Shown in pieces: positions 1 through 10,483 of a DNA stretch of 64,000 nt (its first letter is position 1; the number at the start of each line of letters is the position of its first letter). Source of the DNA: Phoronis australis. Its lineage: Eukaryota > Animalia > Phoronida. Under the pieces are notes generated by a model that was not told the origin of the DNA, ran no database searches, and saw nothing but the letters and a program-made list of their open reading frames with translations. Where the stretch lies: the NCBI GenBank assembly GCA_002633005.1, contig NMRA01000097.1:645734-709733 (forward strand). The letters run 5' to 3'. The position numbers and the translations under genes are program-made.

Positions 1-2614
1 AGGCCTTTTAAATTTCATATAGTCTCAAAGTTCATCAAAATCCATGCCTAACATTGGGAGTAATTTCCAAACCAAAGCAAATGCTTCAAACAGGACTGGT
101 AATGTGTGAAAAAATTCTGTTTCTGAGAGCATTCCATTAGTGAGTTCTCAGCCCCAGTCTGTTAGTCTAAGCTCTTTTCACGTTTTACCCCATGGATAGG
201 TGGGCGCAGGTTGTCACCGATCTGTTCTAACATTTTGATGCAATGGTAGACTGAACACTGGTTCGAGTTCATCACTTTATTAATCTTGACTGTATGCTCA
301 TATTAAGTCCATTCAAACAAAATGTACAACGTAATGTGTGTTCTGTGCTCAGCCAGTGCTACAAAGCCTTGACTGTCAATACCTTCTACAATTGCTGGTG
401 CAATAACATGCTACTTTTGACAGTTCTTTGTTCTCTAGCCACAGCTGAAGTGTTAGACAAGTTCTGTGCAATTGAAACTGTACAACGGCTGGTGTTTTAG
501 CCAATGAATAATGTTATGAACTATGAAAGTACCTAGATGTTCTATTATTTTCTCATCTGGAATGGTAATTTGATGCTCCATGGACAGTAGAAATAAAATT
601 ATTTTCAATTAATGTTGCTGCAATTTATGATGTTTTTAGTGGGACAAATTTGCTGGAAGTGCAATTTATCATTCCATTTGTCCAAAGGTGTGTAGATTGA
701 TTCTGTCTTTTTATTTCTAAACACACTTATGTTGCTCAAGTGGAATGACCTCTTATTTCATGTATTATGTAACTTCGTATCCTTCCATGAGTCCATACAT
801 CATTGATGTTTCATTGTAATCAGATGTAACAGTGGAGGTCAGCTCAATAAAACAGAAGTTGATTGCAAACCACAGATTTGTGCAAATCCTTAAATTGCTA
901 AGTGCTTGCAGTTATAGTCATTGAAAATGTGTAACATACTTTGAAGAAAAGCAAAATTATTTAGATCATGATGATGCTCGATAAAACTTTTTGAATGCTG
1001 TTGGGACTGAATGTTCATAATGATGTATAATGCAAACTATAACTGGGTGAACAATTAGGTCAATATATTTACCACCAGTCGTTGGAACATGTGTTTCTGT
1101 GACTAATCATCACATCTTTCCATGAAATGACAATGTGAAGTATCAAGTGACTGGAGTTAACAGCTTTTGAGATATTTTAGGTTAAAAAAGATACCAAAAT
1201 TTAGCATTAGAAAGTTAATCTTCCCAATTTTAATGTTTTATTTAAAAATTCGCTGTGAAGCACCTTGTAATTGGTTAGAATTACTGTAAATAACAGTGTG
1301 ATTACTATGGCATAGATTTAATGTAATTACAATGTTGGTCAAGTCATTGCACTTGGTCAATGTAAACATGGCCATTTGAACCCTAAAATGCATTGACTAT
1401 TATGTACTTTGGGCCCACTGGGTGCATTTGGCCCCAGAATTCAAGAATACCTTGGGCCAGAAATTTTGGGAGATTTTTCGATCTGTAAACAAGAAAGTTC
1501 AATGAAGGTTTCCAGAGAAATTCAGATTGCATTTTTTTCCACCACTAACAGCTGAGGATTTAGCTAACTGCACTTGCACTACTCGGCCACTTACTAAACG
1601 GTGAATACGCCAGTGGCGGATCTAGGATACCACAAGGGGGGCCCAACATGACGCCTCAGAGAAATGGGCAGAGCTCGATTGTATGCACAGGTGGTTCAAA
1701 TATTGTTGGGGTTGGCGATACGGACCTGGTGTTCCGGAATTCTACCGTTGGGCTCGATATTTTCTCACGCTTCACGCTGTTGCTGTGTAATTTTTTGCTT
1801 GCACCAGTCAAGGGGGGGCCTTGGCCTGTACGCAATCTTCACGTAGCAACAATTAACAATCGCCCCGAGATACATTTTAATTATAACTCCTACGTACAAT
1901 CGCGATGCATTGAAGTGTTTTTAGCAAAATGTTATTGTTCATGTTTACCATAGATTATACACAACATAGTCTATGATGTTGACCGTTCGCCGAACGGTGA
2001 GCCAGACTATTTTCCTTCACTATACGATAAGACATGAATCGAACGTTTTCCGTTTGAAATGCACATAAATGAAATCCTAGGCAAAAACTATATTAGATCA
2101 TACTTGGGAGAGCATAGATACCAAATAAATCGATAACTTACTTCAGAAATAGGACTTCTTTGAGTCAATCGAGGTGTCGATGTCACGGTGCTTTCGAAAC
2201 CAGCCATCACTGTTTTGCTTTCGGCGACCTTTCACCTCTCTGAGGTCATCAGGTCTTTTCCAAATAAGGCACCGCAATGCATTTTGGGACTGTAATGTCG
2301 GACTTGACGAGCACGAAGGCGTGTCTTTTTGGTCAACTTTCAAACATAAAGAAAAATACTCCAAACTCATCTAAAACTCACTATATTTACGAAACCTACA
2401 AAAAAACTTCTACGCCACGATATGATATAGGTTTCATGCAAGATGAGTAACATTTACTTTCTTATTTTATACTATTTTTCACGTTCCAAGCCACTTTAAG
2501 CGTTAGTGATTACGTCTTAGTCTCCTTTCCTGGCTTTAAATGTATCTCTATTGTTTACTCGTTGTTTTGGACACATATTGTACATAACGCTCTCGCTCAA
2601 CTTGACATTCATAG

Positions 2615-5600
2615 ATGGTCCCTCCGAGTTAACTTTGGAAGCAAAGGATGGTGTCATACTCAATCAAACCAAGGATACAGTCGTTTTACTCAGCGACGAA
2701 CATTACGTCCTACATTGCAAAACGGACACGGTGTACACAACGGCCATGGTTACGTTAGAAGTTGCTGGAAATAGGACCACTCTGGCGGAGAAGTTTGCTT
2801 TGCCAAATTCCCGCTTCAAATTCAGCACAGGCAACATTGCATTTCATACGAATTGGCAAATCAATGGCACATTCGCTGTGTGTTTTGGTCAAAATGAAGA
2901 TGCACAGAAACTCAGTCAGATAAGGAAGCGGATGATTATTTTCGAGGGTGAGTCACGTGCCACGGTGGTGCTGCCATAGATCATTAATAGCTTAAAAATC
3001 CAGATCGGTGGTAACAGCAAGTAGGGACGGTGTAGGACTCTATTAAAGAAACGTACCAACATGTGGTTTTGGGGATCTCACTTCACGTGCTTACCCTAAC
3101 TCCGAAAATTGTGGGTGACCACCCGTTCCCGTAAATTTGACTATACAATGCATGTAAAACTATGAAGTGCAGGAAATGGTCACGAAAACATTCGACGGCA
3201 AGCAATGAAAACATCCTGACCTAATTGTCAAACGGCATGTCTAGAGAGAACCAGGTACACTGTACACTGTGCACGCACTCGCATAGCATAGATGTATGTG
3301 GAACGGATTTCCACGTAAAATCAAAGAAGATAGTGTCCAACGAAAGCAAAAAAAAATTAATTCAAGTCACCGTAAGCCTTTTCCTTACAGATCGCCGCCA
3401 CATCTTTGTAAGGCAAAACATATAGATCCATTTAGAGCTTCGCTACAAAAATGCGTAACAACTCCATGCGCGCACCCAGGGGGGGGGGGGNNNNNNGGGG
3501 GGGGGGGGTGTTCGTACAGCTCGAACGAGCCCTCCATTTTTAGGCTGGGTTTGCGCATGAACTCTGACCGTTTTCTTTTTTTTTCCAGTCGGCTGGACGC
3601 AGTGGGTTGACATGCCATGCAGCAAGACTTGCGGAGATGGAGTATATTACAGGCTGCGTAACTGCCGCCGGCCTAACATGGCCGACGTCTACTGCCCGGG
3701 TTCTCATATTTTGTTCCGAGCCTGTGTGAACTACCTGCCTTGCGAGGAAGTCACGTACATGAAAGGTGACAACTAAATTTAGTTTTAATAAGTGAAGAAT
3801 TCCTATGATATGAGAGATAAAGTTGCTAGTTATTGTAAGGGCAAAGCAAAATCAAAATCAACTGATATTTTTAAATCAGTTTTGACGATTTCAAGCAATC
3901 CTCATTATGCCTTCCTGCTAATGCAACATTGGCATCTCACTTGAGCGACATTTAACTAAAAACACTCACTGTGTCACAGAATAGGCACTACGGTTCTTTG
4001 TGTGTGGTCTTTCCCCAAAGTAACAGCGAAGTTCGCCTAACGCTTAGGTCGCGCTTATCCATTTAGCAAACTTTGAAAAGAGTTTTCACATTTTCCTCCA
4101 AACTTTTGAGGATTGACGTGTGTTACAGATTTTTATTTTGTTTTAGAGAGATGGATGGGAACGTTTTTACCAATATCTGTTCATAGGTCAATACCAGATT
4201 GAGAATCCTTTTAATAGTCACTGTATAACATCCTCTGGTGTCAAAAACCACTTTGTCCAATGACATATTTGATTTTCCAAAGACTTTTCTCATAAGTTGT
4301 AATTGTCTGGAATAAAACTTCTAGAATTCCCTTGACGAGTTTCTCGGTGGTTTGACGGCTGAAACTAAGGCGCTTTGACCACAGAACTCTATTGATTTAG
4401 CTAGAGTTTTGATCACATTTGTTTTAGGTCAAAACAGAAGCATGAACTTCAAAATTAGCGCGTACGGAAATAGAACTGTTCCCTTGAGAGTGGTTTAAAG
4501 TAATAATTATTAAACCGAAACGTCGGATCAACATGTCTTTATTTACGTTAATATTGAAGTTCAAACTAGAATTTTATCACCTATCACGCAAAGCTCATGT
4601 TAGGTAAGGAAAGGAATCAAAAACTCTAATTGCTGTGTTCCTAATGCTCGATTGCAGACGCAACATATCTTCAATATCACGAAATAAATCACCAAGAAGC
4701 AACGAATGTGCAGTATGCCGTCGTCATAGGCATTGTGATCAGTGGCCTATCGCTTTATATCTGGTATTCGCGCATCATATACAAACGGGACGTGGACGAT
4801 GTTCTGCAGACGTGTTACGACGACTTTGACGGCGTGGTCAACACCATGATTCGCACCCTTTCCCACAGTGATCTGTTCGAAGACCTCGGGCCAGAGGAGA
4901 AGTCTGATTATTGCCGGCAGCTAATCACAAGAAAGATCCATGAAATGCACGACGTCCAGTGTATTGAAATAGGCACAGAATTTGATTGGAACCTGTTTAT
5001 CCAGCAGTGCCAAGAGTTGTCCAACGAGATCGTCTTTGCGCAGAACGCCGAGACCAAGAGAGAGCGTCAACGTAAAAAAATGGTTGTCTGCCAGAAAATG
5101 ATCGCCCAGCGTGCAAAGCAGCAAGCGGTCTCTATGGTGCAGAATAAGCACACGCTCACGCGGAACTTGCTGCTGTTGGACGTCAAAGCTGGGGATAGAG
5201 AGCGTATCAAGATATCGTTGGAAGAATACAAAAGGTTTTGCGTCGAAAACAACAATTTGATTGAACCTGATAAAGAACTGATCCGCAACACTCAAAAAAT
5301 GTTGATAGCACTAAGTATTAAGCCGCGTCTGCAAAACGCTGTACAATCAGAAGACGCAGAGGCATTAAGAACGATCATTCAACTCAGTAAGGAAACGGAA
5401 ACGCAATATCTACTTGCCAAAGAACTCGAGGTGGCAGAAGAGCACTTGCAAGATCTGTTAGAAAGGCAAGAGCAACGTAGTGAGTTGTCAGTCGAGGTGA
5501 AATTATTGCGCGAAATAAAGAACTGTTTTAATCCACCACCAGTCCTTCACGATGTAATGGCCGCAACTTTAATGATACTAGGACAGTCGGAGCGAACAGT

Positions 5601-6174
5601 TCGCAACTGGCGCAAATGCAAGACTTTGTTCACAGCAGTAAGTGCAGATGAGACTTCCGGATTATTCCAGAGGATATCAGATTTCAAGCTTGATGATCTT
5701 AAGATCAAGACTGCCAAACGGGTGCGCGAAATCTTGTCAGGGTACGACGAGATCGATGTTCCGGAAAATGTGATGGCGTTCTTTCATTGGTCACAACAAA
5801 TGATCAAAGAGTGTCTAGTATCGGCAAGTACAGCTGAACCAAAACAGATAGAGACGAAACAACAGGCTACATTCTCGGTGCGTAAGGTAAGTGCAGATCC
5901 CAAACGAAGACGTGGTAGCAAATCGGCCTCATCTTATCCTTCTCCGTCTCTTTACTATAAAGACGACTTTTCTCAAAAGGTGAAAGATAAGGGTACTGAC
6001 AACCCCCCAGACCAGTTTTTGGCTGTCGGCAAGGAACCATCCGACGCGTGCTTGATATCACTTTCCAGAAGTTGGGAACCAAAGGACAAAAAATTTGTTT
6101 TCCCGGATCAAAACTGGAAAGGAATTAATAATAACTGGTCGTGCGGTCGACGTGTTCACCCCGAGAAGATGTAG
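2615..6174 (+). CDS. Single-pass membrane protein, 5'-incomplete model: Ig-like exon + TM + helical region + dynein-stalk/MTBD-like domain
   Basis: Exon A 2615-2947 (catag|ATGGTCCC...TTCGAGG|gtgagt, 333 nt, phase 1-1) reads GPSELTLEAKDGVIL...YVLHCKTD...GTFAVCFGQN, with two Cys spaced as in an Ig-like domain. It splices in frame to exon B 4658-6174 (attgcag|ACGCAACA), which contains the 488-aa ORF. TM segment AVVIGIVISGLSLYIWY; C-terminal EIKNCFNPPPVLHDVMAATLMILG...NWRKCKTL...FQRISDF...FFHWSQQM. No ATG or signal-peptide exon was identified. Confidence 0.7.
3466..3545 (+). mobile_element. MITE end (CATGCGCGCACCCAG family) with a G-run containing an assembly gap
   Basis: catgcgcgcacccagg followed by poly-G with N at 3491-3496; same terminus as the complete copy at 56963-57194. 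Confidence 0.55.
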
Positions 6175-9100
6175 CAACCAGCAAGATTTCTACTTCAGTT
6201 TTGTTGTTGCCTTGTTTCAGATGTTTATGACAATAACTACTTTGAAGCAGCACACAGTGTTACATGTATGCGTCTATAAGGCGCCGAAGGCCTACTGTTT
6301 CCTATAGTTAAGCGCTGGGTGGAAAATGTCGCCGTAAATTGCGCTCGCAAATTACGTTCGTTAAACGACGTGCTACTGTAAGTAGGACACGTCTGTGGAC
6401 TTTGCCAAATATCGCAAAACCTGAATTTTACGCAGTAAAACTACACATTTTCTGAATTTACTCGAAATCCTGCAGAATTTGAGTTTTGACATTACACGAT
6501 ACGACAACTACATTGGTCTTCCGGTCATGACTGTTTTAGTAAAATATAACAAAAGTGCATTCTATTGTAGTTTCACAGCCACATCTAAAACATGGCCAAA
6601 TTTGTTTCCATACCAATCTCAATTTTTTTTTGCAGTTTTCTAGGTTATCACAACGATTCTTTCAAAAAAAACGTAAAAGTCCAGTTTTTGACAACTAACA
6701 TAAATCATGCATTCCGGCATTTGTGGGTTCTCCTCATGGGCGTAGGGTGGAGTGACTGCAGTTAGGGATGCCGTTGTTGGCTTCGTCTGTTTGACTGTGA
6801 CTTCATATCAGCTATGTCGTCAATGTTTGTCGCTTCGGTACTGTTGTGGAAGGCATCTACATGTACGCAGCCATCGGTGTTGACGGCGGTGTCTTCGTCT
6901 TCTTCGCTGCTGTTCGTGTTGTTCAAATAGTGTAAGAGTCGGCGGCGGTATCGTGGTCGCCAAGGGCGTCCTCTGCATCGACAATGGTGTCGCTTGGAAT
7001 GTCGTGTATTGCAACAATTTTCATCACTGGCATTTTTATCCTGTAACCTACAAGGCTAGTGAAAACGCTATCGTTTTAGTCAGTTTTCAGTCGGGCATTA
7101 GTCTTACACGGTGATGTATTCTTCCAAAGCCTTTTGTCAGTTGTGAGTACAGTGTATGTGCAGCTACATCTTGTGGTCAAGTTGGATAACTCTTACGGTA
7201 CATTACACAACGCTGAAAGGGGACTGAGGTACTCGCAAACGGGGTCATTTTCGACCAGCTATTAGTTTTTCTAATTACCCGAACCGTTTTTGTGCAAAAC
7301 ACTTTTTAACTTTATAAAAATAACTACCATACATTTATTAATGCGATCTCTTCTCATATGTGTCTGGAAGTACGTGCTGGCTATAACATCGTCATCGAAA
7401 ATATCTACAGTGTACGGCAGTGCTGTAGTGGGGCGTAGGAGCACGTAGGCGCAGCCAACCACCTTTTGGCATTTAAACGTAGCGCCTACAGTGAGGCGTA
7501 AGCGCAGCCAACCATCTTTTTACATCTTAAAGTAGCGCCTACGCACAGTAAGTGACGGTATAGAAACCGCATACATGTAGAATGGACGCGGACCGTTGCC
7601 TTCCTATGTGTGGCTGGGCCCCTCTCCGAAAGAGTCTGCGACATCCTAGATTCGCCACGGCAGACTCGAAATAAATACCCACTCGAGAGTCAAAAAAGAG
7701 TTTTTACATGTTTGAGTTGTGCTTTGCAAATTCAATGCATTTTTTAAATTCCGTGCTCAAAGTGATACGGTGGGCATTGGGCGCCTACTTACCTTTAATT
7801 TTACCACTACAGCACTGGTTTACGGGGAAACTCAAATCGCCAGCAAAACACCAGGAACAGTAATACTTGTCACCGTTTATTTTTGCTACTCACTACCCAA
7901 AGTTCTGGCAAAAATGCGAGCGTTTTAGCACGTTGGTGAATAAAATATTATCTTAATAGTCAAAACTTGCCGTGCGTCATAGTTGTCGAGTCAGTTTTGA
8001 TTTCACGGATGACCTGCACTTTACATTGAGGAATGGAACTCGAAACTCGTAAAAGAACTTACGTAGCTGATGGTGGCGAATCCATTTCTTGGGGATGTTA
8101 ACGTATCACGTAATATTCACTTTGAAAATTGCAAGTATTTGTAGAAAAACCCAGTAGTTTCAGTATTTTTGGAACACAAACAGCAAAGACAAAACTCAAT
8201 CCAATACAGTTTCCAGGCGCGTACCCAGAGGGAATGTGACCGAGATTCGGGTGTACTCCTCCAAATTTGTTTATACTATAAACACTTTTCGCTAAAAATG
8301 AAGATTATCAAACGGTTCTAGGGAAGGTTCGCCAGATAATAGCAAACCGGGCAAACCTATAGCTACATGTACGGTTTAGTATCGACAGCAGGTTTATTGT
8401 CATCTCAAATTACGAAGAGCGTGCGTGCGATGTGAGGGGCTCACGCGTGTTTTATGAACCATGGGCACGCGCGTCGTATGAACCCAGTAGCTACCCAGCA
8501 GTCAGATGAACAGTAGTAGCTAAAGACGGGTCAACTTGTACATTGAGAACGTGAATACAAAAGAACAGCAAAAAGTGTAAATCTGTCGATCCGTTTTTAT
8601 GACGGCGAACGTCGAGTCCCAAGTGCTGAAGCTGTTTCAAGCAATCCTGAGCCAGCAGTGCCATTTCCAATGCAGTTGTCACCAACAAGCAGGAAATGGA
8701 CGATACAGAATTGGTAGAGATTTCACCAGATAAAACAAACTATCTCTCGCACGTCCGAAACAGTTACAGGTAGCAGATCCTCAAAATAGTGCATTGATGA
8801 TTGAGGTGTCTTCATTAAAGCGGAAAACAAAATAGACGTGGTGATAGCAAAAGTGAAATCGCTCAGTAATTAAGACTGTTGCTATCTAACTACGAACCAC
8901 ATCCATCCTGATGACAACTTTGTATTTGGCAGTAGTTTTAGGGGCGGTTGTAACGTATTTTTTAGCGAAAATATCATTCAAGCTCTTTAAATCGCAGCAG
9001 CTTTAGCATCGCAGGTTGTGCGTGCGAGCGAAGCGCCATTGCGTTGGGAAGACTTCATAAATGCGAGTGGCGACGTACTAGGCTGTTCGCTATGGTGGGC

Positions 9101-9676
9101 CGTTGAGGGGAAAGTGTCGCCGTAAAATTACGCTCGTAATTACGAGCGTAATTTAAATTGCAGGAATGTNCGCATTGCAACTAGTCTAGGCCTGCCATGC
9201 CAAGTCACGCACGTGACCTATGTATTCTATTATTAGAACTTTCGATCCCGAGACTGGACGCAGTCTGAGTTAGCATTCTGAATTTCAGGCTGTGTCGGTC
9301 GAGCCCACTCAAAAGTTTTAGGAAAATATCTTGCAATGCACTTGTTTAATTTCTCCTGTAGTCAATTTTGGTCACACAATTCACAGTAAACAGACACTTA
9401 TAGTGCTGGTCTTTCAAGGATACTTTAACACCTTTGATGAACACCGTGAGACTCTTTGAATAATTCCTAGGAAACTAGATTGTCCAACCGTAAATAGAGA
9501 AAACGCCCTCAGACAAAACATGCCAGACCGGTCCGGCCCGCCTGTGTTTGGCCTTTCTAAGAGAACAAGAATTATCCCACGTCGCGTCGTTAAAACTGGA
9601 AATACCATCATTCACACGCCATGAAACATTCTCCAATCGTGGCTCGATAAAGTTTGTGGTAGAGTCAGTCTTCATA

Positions 9677-10483
9677 TCACAACACGGTGGAGGCAAGACC
9701 TTTCCACCTATTTTTCAACGTTTGCGTTAAGCTGCTGGAACCTTGTTGTACCTGGTCAAGGGGGCCCTCGAAACGAATGCTCCGTCCTTTACAAGGCCCC
9801 TTCACAATTTTCCGTCTATGTCCCCAGTAAGGAACAGACTGTTTGTTAAGAAATGAAGGAAGAGATGTGTCATGCTGTAACTTCTGCCTGGAAAAGACTA
9901 CAGGAGTATACGTTAAAAACAGATCCGACGCCGGCCTTGACAATCCATGTTGGCCTGGCGGATTAGTGAACATGTATTCAGCGTGTGCATGATTACGATG
10001 GTAATCACTCTCAAGCGATTTGTATCTCTTAACGGCTTGCGGCATCGAAGTTGTTTCGTCTTTGTCATTTTGGGAGTTGCCGTCTTCGAAAGGAGCACCT
10101 CTTGGTGATGTTCTCATAGTTTCACCCTTAATAGATACTTCACTGCGCGGTTCAGTACATGTGAACGAGTGACGGTGAACTTTTTGGCAATGCCCCCATG
10201 GAAACAAGTCACGAGGTAGCACGTGAGTGTCTTTGAGCACGTGACTGAAATATCGCCCCAATGATTGATTGCCGTGGTAAATGTAATGGCTTGGTGGTTC
10301 TCCCGCACTTTGATAATTGCTCGTCTGGGAAGATGTAGCGGACAGTACCTTGTGTTCTACAATACGAGCGATTAGTAATAAAAATGCTGCCACCTTCAAG
10401 CAGCGTGAATTCAGGCTTCTCGGGAGCCCTAATGCTTTGAAATGACTCCTGTTGCAACAATTTCCACTTACCCAGGTTGGCAC
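9677..10483 (-). CDS. Unassigned 268-codon open frame (possible exon or decayed gene)
   Basis: About 800 nt without a stop in AT-rich DNA; a hydrophobic patch VAAFLLLIARIV is followed by hydrophilic sequence with basic pairs (KR, RRK). No ATG before the hydrophobic patch, no recognised domain and no convincing splice partners. Confidence 0.3.
   Translation of the reverse strand: MPTWVSGNCCNRSHFKALGLPRSLNSRCLKVAAFLLLIARIVEHKVLSATSSQTSNYQSAGEPPSHYIYHGNQSLGRYFSHVLKDTHVLPRDLFPWGHCQKVHRHSFTCTEPRSEVSIKGETMRTSPRGAPFEDGNSQNDKDETTSMPQAVKRYKSLESDYHRNHAHAEYMFTNPPGQHGLSRPASDLFLTYTPVVFSRQKLQHDTSLPSFLNKQSVPYWGHRRKIVKGPCKGRSIRFEGPLDQVQQGSSSLTQTLKNRWKGLASTVL

Noticed and set aside
1611-1953. 101-aa and 60-aa ORFs
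   Set aside because: They begin inside a cagtggcggatctagg...gggggg MITE-like end and show no recognisable protein features.
3479-3508. Long poly-G tract as a biological G-quadruplex of defined length
   Set aside because: It contains an N gap, so its true length is unknown; it is part of a MITE end.
4708-6174. Stand-alone prokaryote-style 488-aa gene or a dynein heavy-chain fragment
   Set aside because: The start is GTG and the frame stays open back to an AG acceptor at 4657; there are no AAA/P-loop motifs and a TM helix is present.
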